Shown here in pieces: positions 1-12,240 of a DNA stretch of 41,602 bases; positions within the stretch are counted from its first letter, which is position 1, and every line of letters begins with the position of its first letter. The translations under genes were made by a program, and so were the position numbers. Origin of the DNA: Rozella allomycis CSF55. Lineage: Eukaryota. The notes beneath the pieces are model-generated. The model was given only the letters and a program-made list of their open reading frames with translations, made no database searches and was not told the origin of the DNA. The stretch lies in contig KE560467.1 in NCBI GenBank assembly GCA_000442015.1, positions 1-41,602 of the forward strand, written 5' to 3'.

Positions 1-89
1 TTAGTTTTGTTTTAAAAGTTTAACCTATTAATCTTTATTTTTTCCATTGCAGAGGGCATTGGAGCAAAATTACGAATGATGGCGAACGT

Positions 90-1589
90 TTATGCTTGAT
101 GGGTAGCTGAAAAATCCAACGAATTTTTAGGACGGTCATGTATTTTGTCAGCATCAATGTAACCATAATTGAAAGCTAAATGAATTGTTTTTCTTTCTAT
201 CGCATTTGGATCGATTCTAGCGTCTTGTAAAATTTTGACTACTTCCACATAATCATTCTCAGAAGCCCATCGTAGGGCATAATCGTCCCGATCAGTTGGG
301 TCTATTCTAGAATCTTCAAGTAGAATTTTGACAATATCGGCATGACCGTACTTTGAAGCATGCCGTATTGCATAGTTATCCCTCACACTAGGGTCCACTC
401 TAGAATCTTGAAGTAGAATTTTGACAACTTTAACATGACCGTTCTCAGAAGCATGACGTATGACGTAATTAGTACATGCACTAGGGTCTACTCTAGGATC
501 ATTTAGTAAAATTTTGACTATTTCCACATGGCCGTTCTCGGAAGCATGCTTTATAGCATTATTACTCCTGCAACTCGGATCTACTCTAGAATCTTGAAGT
601 AACATTTTGACGGATTCAACATAACCAAGCTCAGAAGCACGTCTTATGGCATAATTATTTTGTTCACTTGGATCTACCCTAGAATCTCCAAGTAGCACTT
701 TGAGAACACCGCTGTGATCGTTCTCTACAGCCCATAACATGGCCTCATTATTATCAGCACTTGGGTCTACTCTTGAATCGGTAAGTAAAATTTTGACTAC
801 TTCAGCATGGCCGTATCTTGAAGCGAGTAGAATGGCTTTATTGCTCAATACACTTGGGTCTACTCTATCATCATCAAGCAAAATTTGGACAACTTCCACA
901 TATCCTTTCATGGAAGCACTTCGAATGGCATAATTTCCCCTTTCACTTGGGTCTACTCTAGAATTTTTAAGCAATAGTTTGACAACATCAGCGTGGCCTC
1001 TTGAAGAAGAGAGTTGAATAGCTTCATTTTGAAGGGCACTAGGATCGACTCCAGCTTTTGCTAATAGATATCTTACAATTTCGGTATGGCCATTACGCGC
1101 AGCCAATCGGATGGCATAATTTTGGCCTGCCGAAAGATCGGGTGTGATATTGTTCTGATATTGTAAGATAGTTGAATCATTTGTCTCCATTCTGTCATGA
1201 TTGCTTTCATGATCAATCACGAGGGAAAGATATTTAGTGATACCATACTCACAAGCAAAATGTAGCGCGCCGTTAGCAGCTTTTTGAGTTTTGGGATTTT
1301 CAATGAGACACTTCAAAAAATTTACCAGCCCTTGATGTATTCCATCGTCGTTAAAGAAAGCCGTGCAAATATCCATGCTTAACACTTTTCCGCATCTATG
1401 CTTAATTATCTTTTGGATAATATAGGGGCATTTCCATGAGCAACAAATCTCAGGATCCCGATGAAGGATTGAATCCAAGCAAAGTGAGCGAATCCAGCGT
1501 GACGTTTGTGACATGTGTTGTATGTCATATAGGTGTAAATTTGACAGAATTAGATTCCAAATCTCGCATGGGAAGTTTTGGTTGACCAT
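90..1589 (-). CDS. F-box + ankyrin-repeat protein (31-aa 'VDPS' type repeats), intronless
   Basis: N-terminal F-box-like FPCEIWNLILSNLHLYDIQHMSQTSRWIRSLC, then about 10 repeats of GHxxVVKILLxDSRVDPSxxxNxAIxxASxx. Paralogue of 6728-9423 (shared SWKCPYIIQK linker). Confidence 0.88.
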   Translation of the reverse strand: MVNQNFPCEIWNLILSNLHLYDIQHMSQTSRWIRSLCLDSILHRDPEICCSWKCPYIIQKIIKHRCGKVLSMDICTAFFNDDGIHQGLVNFLKCLIENPKTQKAANGALHFACEYGITKYLSLVIDHESNHDRMETNDSTILQYQNNITPDLSAGQNYAIRLAARNGHTEIVRYLLAKAGVDPSALQNEAIQLSSSRGHADVVKLLLKNSRVDPSERGNYAIRSASMKGYVEVVQILLDDDRVDPSVLSNKAILLASRYGHAEVVKILLTDSRVDPSADNNEAMLWAVENDHSGVLKVLLGDSRVDPSEQNNYAIRRASELGYVESVKMLLQDSRVDPSCRSNNAIKHASENGHVEIVKILLNDPRVDPSACTNYVIRHASENGHVKVVKILLQDSRVDPSVRDNYAIRHASKYGHADIVKILLEDSRIDPTDRDDYALRWASENDYVEVVKILQDARIDPNAIERKTIHLAFNYGYIDADKIHDRPKNSLDFSATHQA

Positions 1590-1875
1590 TACTTCAGGTT
1601 GTGGCTAGGACTTGAACCTTAAACGTCACTTCGCCTATGCTAATTTAAGCACCTATGTTCCCTTACCCTATTATATAAATGTTTACACTATGAAATAAAG
1701 TTGCTATTATTTTATTATTCGAGAAAGGAAAGATGAAAATCTAGAGATAGGATAACTATTGTACCGAGATCGAATAAATAACTTTTCTGTTTGACTCTTT
1801 TATGTTAGGTTTCGCTATATTTGATTTTGAACAATCTTCTGTTGTTGCCTATATTTTTACCAGGGTTAGTCTTAC

Positions 1876-3355
1876 ATGGCAGAAGATAATAGCTGGAAAT
1901 TCGCGCAATGTTTCGGTGACAAGGGTGATGTTGATGAAATAACAAATGGTAATATCACTTTATAAATTATTAGGTAGCTGATATAATATCCGCTGTCGAG
2001 TTTGATCCTACTGGTGATTTTCTAGCAACAGGTGATCGGGGTGGGCGTGTGGTTCTGTTTGAGAGATCCAAAAACGTAATACTAGTGTTTCATTATTTAT
2101 ACAGAAGAAAAACTGCGAGTATAAATTTTATACAGAATTCCAATCACATGAACCAGAATTTGATTATTTAAAGAGTGTAGAAATAGAGGAAAAAATTAAT
2201 AAAATACGGTGGTGTCCTAGACAGAATGATTCACACTTCCTGCTAACTACTAATGGTAAGTTTGTTTGAAAGCGTATTATAGACCGCACGGTTAAACTTT
2301 GGAAGGTTTATGAAAAACAATTAAAAGTTGTAGCAGAAAATAATACAAATCATACAAATTTTATTCCTAAGAGTCGCCAAGACTTGAAACTCCCATTAAT
2401 GCAATACCGTGAAACAGCTGTTGCCGCTACCCCTAAAAGAATTTTTGCAAATGCACACACTTATCATATTAATTCAGTTTCTATTAGCTCTGATGGCGAG
2501 ACTTTTCTTTCGGCGGATGATTTAAGAATTAACGTTTGGAATCTCCACAATAGAGATGAGAGTTTCAGTAATAAAAGGTTCATGAAGTGAAATAGATATT
2601 GTCGATATTAAACCTGCTAATATGGAAGATCTTACTGAAGTGATTACAGCAGCTGAATTCCATCCCCATCACTCCCATCTATTCATGTACAGTAGTTCCA
2701 AAGGAATAATCAAATTGAACGATATGAGAATGTCCGCATTGTGCGACACACATTATAAAAGTAATTCAGCTCGTCATGATAATATTTTAGGTTTCGAAGA
2801 CGTAGATGACGATCCTTCAAAGAAGAATTTTCTGAATGAAATCTTGGCTTCTATTACGGACATTAGATTTAGTCAAGATGGGCGTTATATTTTATCGAGA
2901 GATTACATGACTGTCAAAGTTTGGGATATCAATATGGATAATCGTCCCGTAGCTACATTCAACGTGCACGATCATCTCAAAAGCAAACTTTGCGATTTGT
3001 ACGAAGCTGACTGTGTCTTTGATAAATTTGAATGTACATTTAACGGTGATGGAACGTAATTTTAAATATTTGATGTAATAGTTCAATCATGACAGGGTCT
3101 TATCATAACTATTTAACACTCTTCAATATGAAAGACAAGAGTGAAGTAACATTGCAGGCCGACAAGAGCGCATTTAGACAAAAACGAAATCCAGGTTCAG
3201 CTAGAAAATTGTTGAGTAGAAAGTCCAAGAAAGATGATATAAATGTTGATGCAATTGATTTCAATAAGAAGATTCTCCATACTTCATGGCACCCAAAAGA
3301 AAATTCAATTGCAATAGCAGCTACCAACAATCTATTTATATTCAGCCAATTGTAG
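1876..3355 (+). CDS. CDC55: Protein phosphatase 2A regulatory subunit B55 (WD40), 6 exons
   Basis: [78 protein letters not shown]. Introns at 1949-1977, 2076-2104, 2256-2282, 2568-2595, 2761-2790 and 3056-3081 restore the frame. Confidence 0.96.
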
Positions 3356-3413
3356 TTCAAATAAAGAATTTTTTAGATTCCATTTTAATCTTTCTTTTGG
3401 AAAATTACTAGAA

Positions 3414-3896
3414 ATGTCGTTCCTCACAAAATATAGAATAACGCCATTCCACCCAACCAATTTACTAAATTCGAACAGTATATACAGGTTTTATGCCAAA
3501 GCCAAGAAAAAGTCTGGTCCAGCGTCCACCTCAAAAGAAGAAGGTAATTTCAATTAACAGCCATCAATAGAAAAACTGGACATCAAGGATCCACACACAT
3601 TGCAGCCAGGCGATCCCTTGACTGGCATTAGTATAATGAATGGTGTACCAGATCCAGTTGTAAAGCCAATGGACGAGTATCCGCCATGGCTNTGGCTATT
3701 CAAAATGCTTGACACGCCTGTTGTGAAATGGTATTCACAGCGCCAAGATCTGCTTCAAAAAGAAAATATCGACAATATCACGCATTATAGGGCGTATCGA
3801 AGAAGTGTGAGACGCAAGATTATGCAGGAGGATGTGAGGAATGCGAAGAAGAGGATTTTTGTTACAAGGCATGGACTACGTCCTTGGTATTTGTAG
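3414..3896 (+). CDS. MRPL54: Mitochondrial large-subunit ribosomal protein mL54 (L37)
   Basis: Basic N-terminal presequence, intron 3544-3570, motif GISIMNGVPDPVVKPMDEYPPWLF. The N at 3692 sits in a short duplicated overlap. Confidence 0.72.
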
Positions 3897-4219
3897 ACAA
3901 TGACATTAATTAATAAAATGATGAGGATGATAAACCATTGTACATTTGTACTTCATAATTGCTAGTGTTAACATGCAGCCTCTAGTCATTCTGTTTATTA
4001 AAAAATTAAGAACACTCATTCATAATAAGATAACTATGTCATCATGTCTGCGTACATTGAAACTATGATTGATAGATTTTTACATTTGCAAAGTATTGTT
4101 ACCGACACTACCCTGCAGAACACACCACGAACATCTAGCTTCAAATTATTAAATTAAAATTTATGTTTCTTTGTACATTTTCTCCATTCCAAGTACGACT
4201 TGATTACCCCTGTAATCCG

Positions 4220-5473
4220 ATGAAGAAAAAGCAAATTTGGCGAAAACATGCCCAAGTAGAAGAAATTATAGCGGGTCAAGAGGAGCTAGAAAATCAGAAA
4301 AGAACTACGTAAAACAAATGTATTAAATTAACGCAGTGGAATTTTAGATGATCTTAAAGACGAAGAGCTTTTTGTTTTAGATGCTACAGAAGATAAAACC
4401 AGTAAAAATTTAAAAAAGCCGAAAAATAGTTCGTAAAGGACTGAAGAGATTAAGAGTTGATGAAATCTTGCAGCCTCAGTCGAGATACGAGGCGTTGAGG
4501 AACAAGCCGTTTAAAGAGCTTTCCAAGAGTGAAAAGAAGGAGATGAGAGTGCAGAACAAGATGATATCTAGGAATACAGAGAAACAGATTCGTGAGATGT
4601 TAACGAAACCAAAACCATCCGTGAATAAAAAGGGGGCGGCGCCTGCACTAGTGAGTGGCGCTTATGATGTTTGGGCTGATGAAGTGCCTGGGCTTGAGAC
4701 TGTTAGAGTGAAGAGAAAGACGCCGCTTCCAGCGAGTGTTGATCTTGAAGCTGTATCGCTGCCACATCCCGGACAGAGTTATAATCCAGATGCCAAGGAC
4801 CATGCTGAAGTTGTTATAGCGGCTGCGTATGAGGAGGTTAAAAAAGATGAAGAGAAGGAGAAATATAAAACTAAAATAGTTGTTGATAGACGAAGGGATT
4901 ATGATGACTATGATTTGAAAGGATTGATGAAGCTTTTAAGTGAAACAGTTGAAGAAGAAGAAGAAACAAATGGTGAAGTTGAGGAAGGGTTTCGTAAAGT
5001 TAATGTTGATCCAGTGAGGAAAACAACGGCGCAGAGGAACAGAGAGTTGTTTTTGAAGGCTAAACAAAAAGTAGAAGAATTGAAAAAGAAGGAGAATAAA
5101 TTAGAAAAACAAATAGATCAGTAAGAATGTTTTTAAATCTAAAAATAGAATTGAATCTATTGAAGGCTTAGTTAAACATATATTGAAGAAGCAGGCTAAA
5201 TTGATAGCAAAGAGGAATCAGAGAAAGAAAGAAATGGAATTAAAGCCTAAAAGATTAGGAAAACATTTATTTCAGCCGGCGGATATTCCAGTTAAACTTT
5301 CAGATGAACTTCCAGAAGCGATGAGGACTCTTAAAGCAGAAGGGAATTTATTTCTTGAAAGCTTTAAACGATTGCAAGAAAGAAATATTATTGAGCCTAG
5401 AGTTAGGGTTGGTAAGAAGAGAAAATACAAAATCAAATTTTATGAAAAACGTTCATTTAAAGAATTCAAATAA
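4220..5473 (+). CDS. NOP53: Ribosome biogenesis protein Nop53/GLTSCR2
   Basis: MKKKQIWRKH start, LFVLD, YDVW, PHPGQSYNP, RKTTAQRN and EGNLFLESFKRLQERNIIEPR motifs. Introns 4309-4336, 4402-4429, 5121-5148. Confidence 0.9.
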
Positions 5474-5759
5474 AGCAAAAACAGAAATGTTTAGTACAAA
5501 GTTTTTGAATTTTAATCTTGATACTTGTTTATTGAATGTTTATGCGGTGTTAGAGATGTTGATGTATGCTTCAATGCAACGGCAAGGAATTATTTCGAAT
5601 GACTATTCTTTTATTTGACAGTAACAAATACCATAAGCATGTCTTAAAGAAAGTGGTTCGAGTTTGAACGTACAAAAATCTGCATGTTGATTTGAAATTT
5701 CAATTGCAATTTGAATACAGTCCATAAAAAGGTCAACCACTTTGACCAACGTAATTGAA

Positions 5760-5825
5760 GTGAGAATCTGGATCTACCTTAGAATCTTATTTCTAAATGA
5801 CCATTCTTAGTCGCCATAATGATTG
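5760..5825 (-). pseudogene. Degenerate fragment of the 93-bp ankyrin repeat family
   Basis: GGATCTACCTTAGAATCTT and TTTCTAAATGACCATTCTTAGTCGCCATAATGAT match the ankyrin gene at about 8940-9012, with an internal deletion. Confidence 0.7.
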
Positions 5826-5990
5826 CTAGCGTCATTGCATGAATGTTGTCAAATGTGATCACCCCTTGTCTTCCAAACGCTTCAGGAATTAAATGGTCAA
5901 ACGACCAAATATATTTGGCTTATTTGCCAATCATATAAGTTAGGTGAAAGTTAAAAATATACATTTGACATACATAATGATTCAACCTAA

Positions 5991-6410
5991 TTTGCTGACA
6001 TACAAGCCCTTGAAGTTCAGTATCTTAGTGCTGCTGCGTTTCCATCAACCTTTCCAGTGGAAGGCTCAATACTTGGGGGAAATCATCGCTTGATGATAAA
6101 TCTTGCATGTCGCCGCCGATCAAAAACTTATGCACCTGTTGTTAAAATCATTTTCTTGGTTGACACAGGCTCTCCTGTCACCTACCTGTCAAAAGATGCC
6201 ATAGAAGCGTTGATAGGAAAGAAATCTGAGAATCTTCCAAGTAGTATCCACGTGTTGATTCAACAGCAAGAAATCGCTGTTGAGTGTCACATGTCTCCAG
6301 AAAAATCTTATTTTGCTGATGTAAATGTTCTAGGAATCAACTTTCTGTCCAAGCTTGGTTTAACAATGTCTATGGATTTCAAGATGGATCAGTTTACTCT
6401 CAATAAATGA
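5991..6410 (+). pseudogene. Single-domain retropepsin-like aspartic protease, probably 5'-truncated
   Basis: IIFLVDTGSPVTYLS catalytic motif and downstream VNVLGINFL motif. The frame opens after an in-frame TAA at 5988-5990 with no convincing ATG. Confidence 0.6.
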
Positions 6411-6727
6411 AGTCTTGCACAAATATTGCAATCGTTTTGAAAGTCGATAATCAACTATTATATATCCTCTTGCAACACTTCAATCAAGATACCAATGCAA
6501 ACCATAATTTCATCAAATTTGGCGCATACTGCATCATGATGGTCACCGTCATCAACTGTCAAATCTAGCATTCCCTGTAATTACGAAATAGCTAAGGTAC
6601 CTCTTAATATCTTGGCTTTTCACTATTAAAAAATAATTTCATCCGATTCAACATAAAAGAATAGAAAATAGTTGTTTTGTGAAGAAATTTATTTTTATCT
6701 CATCTCTTAATTAACTCCCCGTCCGAT

Positions 6728-9423
6728 TTAACAAGCACTGCGAGACTTGTACTCCATGTTAGTACTCTCATTAACTCTACGGTCTTGCAAAAAAAGGTCA
6801 ACAACGTCCCCATGGCCGTTCTGAGAACTTGGATCTACTCTAGAATCTTGAAGCAAAAGTTTAACAACTTCTGAGTGCCCGTTCTGTGAAGCGAATCGAA
6901 TAGCATCATTACGCTCATCACTTGGATCTACTCTAGGATCTTGCAACAAAAGTTTAACCACTTCTGCATGACCGTTCATTGAAGCCATTCGAATAGCACC
7001 ATTGTTCCAACCACGTGGATCTACTCTAGAATCTTGAAGCAAAAGTTTAACCACTTCGACATAACCGTTCTGTGAAGCGAATCGAATAGCATAATTGCTA
7101 TGAGCACTTGGATCTACTCTAGGATCTTGCAACAAAAGTTTAACCACTTCTGCATGACCGTTCTTTGAAGCGATTTGAATAGCATAATTGTCCCGAGAAC
7201 CTGGATGTACCCTAGAATCTGTCAACAAAAGTTTAACAACTTTTAAGTGGCCGTACTGTGAAGCCATTTGAATAGCATTATTACGCTGAGTACTTGGATC
7301 TACTCTAGGATCTTGCAACAAATGTTTGACTACTTCTGAGTGCCCGTTTTGTGAAGCAATATGAATAGCATAATTGTGCCACACACTTGGATCTACCCTA
7401 GAATCTTGCAACAAATGTTTGACTACTTCTGAGTGCCCGTTCATTGAAGCCATTCGAATAACATAATCGTTCCAACCACGTGGATCTACTCTAGAATCTT
7501 GAAGCAAAAGTTTAACAACTTCTGAGTGCCCGTTCTCTGAAGCGAATCGAATAGCATAATCGACGCGAGAACCTGGATCTACCCTAGAATCTTGAAGCAA
7601 AAGTTTAACAACTTCTGAGTGCCCGTTCTCTGAAGCCAATCTAATAGCATAATTGATGCGAGAACCTGGATCTACCCTAGAATCTTGCAACAAAAGTTTA
7701 ACCACATCTGCATGACCGTTCTTTGAAGCCATTTGAATAGCATAATCGCTCCAACCACGTAGACCTATTCTAGAATCGTGAAGCAAAAGTTTAACAACTT
7801 CTGAGTGCCCGTTCTGTGAAGCGAATCGAATAGCATCATTACGCTCATCACTTGGATCTACTCTAGGATCTTGCAACAAAAGTTTAACCACTTCTGCATG
7901 ACCGTTCATTGAAGCCATTCGAATAGCACCATTGTTCCAACCACGTGGATCTACTCTAGAATCTTGAAGCAAAAGTTTAACCACTTCGACATAACCGTTC
8001 TGTGAAGCGAATCGAATAGCATAATTGCTATGAGCACTTGGATCTACTCTAGGATCTTGCAACAAAAGTTTAACCACTTCTGCATGACCGTTCTTTGAAG
8101 CGATTTGAATAGCATAATTGTCCCGAGAACCTGGATGTACCCTAGAATCTGTCAACAAAAGTTTAACAACTTTTAAGTGGCCGTACTGTGAAGCCATTTG
8201 AATAGCATTATTACGCTGAGTACTTGGATCTACTCTAGGATCTTGCAACAAATGTTTGACTACTTCCGCATGACCGTTCTGTGAAGCAATGCGAATAGCA
8301 TAATTGTCCTGAGAACCTGGATCTACCCTAGAATCTTGCAACAAAAGTTTAACCACATCTGCATGACCGTTCTTTGAAGCCATTTGAATAGCATAATCGC
8401 TCCAACCACGTAGACCTATTCTAGAATCGTGAAGCAAAAGTTTAACAACTTCTGAGTGCCCGTTCTGTGAAGCAATATGAATAGCATAATTGTGCCACAC
8501 ACTTGGATCTACTCTATAATCTTGCAACAAAAGTTCAACCACTTCGGCATGACCGTTCTTTGAGGCGATTCGAATGGCATCATTTTTCTTATAACCTGGA
8601 TCAACTCTCGAATCTTGCAATAAAATTTTAACAACTTTCGCGTGACCGTTTTGTGAACCATTGTGAAGAGCACCATTGTCGGAATCACTTGGATCTACTC
8701 TAGAATCTTGCACCAAGAGTTTAACAATTTCTGCATGACCGTTATTTGAAGCCAATCTAATAGCATAATTGAAGCGAGAGCCTGGATCTACCCTAGAATC
8801 TTGCAACAAAAGTTTAACAATTTCTAAATGNCGTTACGCTGATCACTTGGATCTACTCTAGAATCTTGAAGCAAAAGTTTAATCACTTCGACATAACCGT
8901 TCTGTGAAGCGAATCGAATAGCAGAATTGCTATGAGCACTTGGATCTACCATAGAATCTTGCAACAAAAGCTTAACAATTTCTAAATGACCATTCTTAGA
9001 CGCCATAATGATAGCGTTATTTTCAAAAACACTCGGATCAATTATCGGTAAATGAATCATCATTGACACATATTGATTGAGACCGTACTTACAGGCAAAC
9101 ATAAACGCATAATTTGCAGTCTTTTGAGAACAAATGTTTTTCACTTCTAAAGCTTTGAGGAAATCCACCAGTTCTTCAAGTTCTCTTTTAGTATCAAACA
9201 TGTGCCTGCAAGTGTCTATCTGTAGAAATTTACCACATTTCTGGTTGATTAGTTTTTGAATAATGTATGGACATTTCCATGAAAAATGTTTTTCTGGAGC
9301 TTGATGAAGGATTGATTCTGAGCAAACCAGATGATGCCATTGGGAAGTCCTTGAGATTTGCTTTATGTCAGTTAAGCTTAAGTGTGACAATATTATGTGC
9401 CAAATCTCATATGGTAAGTTCAT
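6728..9423 (-). CDS. F-box + long ankyrin-repeat protein (about 24 or more 31-aa repeats), split only by an assembly N at 8831
   Basis: MNLPYEIWHIILSHLSLTDIKQISRTSQWHHLVC F-box, followed by near-identical repeats GHxEVVKLLLQDSRVDPxxxxNxAIxxASxN. Intronless. Confidence 0.88.
6790..9010. repeat. Tandem array of 93-bp units with higher-order block duplications
   Basis: Conserved core GGATCTAC(T/C)CTAG(A/G)ATCTTG every 93 bp. Identical blocks recur at offsets of 930 (7201 vs 8131), 651 (7750 vs 8401) and 1116 (7375 vs 8491) bp, all multiples of 93. Confidence 0.95.
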
Positions 9424-10258
9424 TATATTTTTTTGTGGCTGCCGCCCGCTGGAAACCTAAGGTATAGACCTCAATGGAAAACATTAGAGATTAATAAACG
9501 CCGTACTCGGTACTCCGGAGTGGATATATTTTTCGCTATACCTACACTCGTACCGTCGTACGGATATTTCAACCTTCAAAAGTCAATACTTAAAAATGTC
9601 CAATCCTTGGCTGGATTTATGTATCGAAAATCAAAAATAAAAAAATTGTACCAAGCAGGTAAATCATATTTCCCTATTGCAGCTTGTCCAACCGCGGCTG
9701 CTTGACCCACTTTGGATGCTACTTTAGTGGTTTTATTTATTGCTTTAACTACATTAGTGGCATTGAAGGCACTCTTGAGGCCATTAACAATTTAACAATG
9801 AATTAGCGTCCTCTTGCTATCCAGGGAAGGATTGCTGCGAACATGGGTATTTGATTATATTAACCTATGGCAAATCGCATCCATTGATTGAACTTAAAAT
9901 AACCTCTAAAAGTCCAGCGCCCTCTCCAGTTACTCCACATGATCCTGGAAGAATAGGAGTGAGAAGGAAATTTCAGGAAGGAAGTGAGAAACCGGGGTAT
10001 AAATACGAGTCTACGACCCTTAAAATATACAAAAAGTTTTTACTTTTTCACTTCTCTAAAGGATTTATTTATTAGTCTTTATATTAAGGTGACACCGTGA
10101 CTACTAGTCTACTTTGTTGAAAGGAAGACAAAATCTCCCAGAAGCTTTGTCGTAAACTCCCAGTCCGATTAATTATAGTTTTCAATATACCAACTTTTGG
10201 AATTGAAATCATTTAAAATATCTCTAAATTTGAAAATTGAAACAAATTGTTAATTTAT

Positions 10259-12109
10259 TTATAGATTAACTTTTAATGCTAGACAATTTCGGTTATTTAA
10301 AATGTTTGATAGTTTGAGATCAAAATATGAATTTCCAATCAGATTTATTTCAATTGATTTGCAATAAATATTTTGCAAGAGAATAATTAAACCATTTTCA
10401 GTGAGTGAATTGAAAGACAAGTCGATCTTGTTTAATCTTTTAGACTGGTTAATCCAATTAATAATTTCATCAATGGATTTATCATCAATGTAGTTGTAAG
10501 AGATATCTAAATAGTTGATATCCAATTGGTTATCAAGTAGAAATTTCATGAATTGAATTAAACCAACGCTTTTAAAGTCATTAAAATTCAGATTTAAATA
10601 CTCCAAAGTTTGCGTTGAAATAGTGATACTATCATTTAATGATGTGTTGCTATTATTGGAAGAGGTACAATTTTCAAACCTATTTTCTGAAATACCTGAA
10701 ATTTTGTTTTCAGATAAATCTAATCTCTTTATCTTTGTAGTTGAAATAATTGCAAGTAGATTTGAAAATGATTGATTTGAAATTCTTAATCCTCTAAGAT
10801 TCAAGTTTTGTAACTTTGAATTTGATAAGCCTTGAAACATATGTGCAAGGGTTGTAGAATGAAAGAAGCAAAATGATAAATCAAGATGAATTAACTTAGT
10901 TTTATGTAAAAGAGAGAAAATATTTTCACTTTTTAAATTGTTTTTTGATAAATTTAATGATTTTACATTTGAATGAATTAAATGGGAAACAAAGTTGGCA
11001 GCTCCAACGTCTGTGAATTGATTCCCTTGAAGATTAATGGAAATCAAATTCGAATCTTTTAAATTTGATCCAAGAAATTCTAAATCTTCATCATTAATGT
11101 AAAATCTTTCAAGAGTTAAACTTTTCAATGATTTTGTTGCTTTAATTAATTTCTTTATTAATCCTTTAAACTCTTCAAGTCCATTATTAGTCAATTTCAA
11201 CGTTTGTATTTTAGATTGTGGCAGATGTTCAATCAAAGCTTCTAATCCATCTCGATATATAAATTCATCCAACTCTAAATGCTCTAAATTCGATTTAATC
11301 AATTCTCTCATTTCTGCTGCATGAATCATATACGCATTATCAACCAACTTTAATCTCTTCAAATTATGATTCAACTGAATCGGCTTTTCGTACTCCATCT
11401 CATTTTCCATTTCCAGACTAAAATATTTGACTTGGCTATTCTTCAACTCATCCATAATTCTTTCTATTTTAGATCCAAAATTATTGTTAAGAAAAATCAA
11501 CTCTTTCAATTGTCTCGATTGCATCACCTTAATCAAAGCATCAATCATTCTGTTATTCCAATTAACACGCACATCGGAAACCTGAAATTTTGAATAGATT
11601 AATGGTAAAGATGTAATCAATTCAAGCATTCGTTCCAAATCATGCCCTCTTCTCACATCTCTAATTACAATCTCATCAATCTTTTCGATCCCCTTAAATC
11701 TCCTTTTATATTCTCTGAAATTTACGATTCTTGATTTGAAAAGAAATCTTATGACACAATTCTTACTATAGAGAACATGCCTAGGAACCAAATTTTGAAA
11801 TTCAATCAATGCACCAGGTGATTCAAATGAGAACACTACTGGCTTTCCATAAACTATTTTTCGGTTGGTAATTCCCAATTTACCCAAATCTTTCCATTCT
11901 CTTAATTCTTTAGGTTTAAATTCATGCATGACGAGACTATTCTTTACATCTGGACTAGTGCGAACCAAATTCTCAACATCACTTGTTTCCAAATATTGTA
12001 CTATTTCATTCAACATTTCGGTTGGCAAAGTTTCCAACATTGATTTCGCTACATTAGTTATTGATAGGCACACATGAATAAAAATTGAAAATACTAGTGT
12101 TAATCTCAT
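10259..12109 (-). CDS. Signal peptide + F-box + RNI-like leucine-rich-repeat protein (putative secreted effector)
   Basis: Hydrophobic leader MRLTLVFSIFIHVCLS, F-box LETLPTEMLNEIVQYLETSDVENLVRTS, many LxxLxLxxNxI/F repeats (e.g. LISINLQGNQFTDVGA). Intronless. Confidence 0.88.
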   Translation of the reverse strand: MRLTLVFSIFIHVCLSITNVAKSMLETLPTEMLNEIVQYLETSDVENLVRTSPDVKNSLVMHEFKPKELREWKDLGKLGITNRKIVYGKPVVFSFESPGALIEFQNLVPRHVLYSKNCVIRFLFKSRIVNFREYKRRFKGIEKIDEIVIRDVRRGHDLERMLELITSLPLIYSKFQVSDVRVNWNNRMIDALIKVMQSRQLKELIFLNNNFGSKIERIMDELKNSQVKYFSLEMENEMEYEKPIQLNHNLKRLKLVDNAYMIHAAEMRELIKSNLEHLELDEFIYRDGLEALIEHLPQSKIQTLKLTNNGLEEFKGLIKKLIKATKSLKSLTLERFYINDEDLEFLGSNLKDSNLISINLQGNQFTDVGAANFVSHLIHSNVKSLNLSKNNLKSENIFSLLHKTKLIHLDLSFCFFHSTTLAHMFQGLSNSKLQNLNLRGLRISNQSFSNLLAIISTTKIKRLDLSENKISGISENRFENCTSSNNSNTSLNDSITISTQTLEYLNLNFNDFKSVGLIQFMKFLLDNQLDINYLDISYNYIDDKSIDEIINWINQSKRLNKIDLSFNSLTENGLIILLQNIYCKSIEINLIGNSYFDLKLSNILNNRNCLALKVNL

Positions 12110-12240
12110 TCAGAAATACCAGGGGTGCCGCAGAAACGGAAACGTGTCAATCACATCATGGCCTAGCAATGGCACTCGACACCATTTATAATTTATAATT
12201 CACTAATCATCAAATAATCAAGCCGTCAACTTTAATATCC

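Noticed and set aside
8810-8835. Frameshift splitting the ankyrin gene into two ORFs
   Set aside because: The break coincides with the assembly N at 8831, so it is not evidence of pseudogenisation or programmed frameshifting.
6790-9010. CRISPR-like repeat/spacer appearance
   Set aside because: The period is 93 bp, in frame and protein-coding, the context is eukaryotic, and there are no cas genes.
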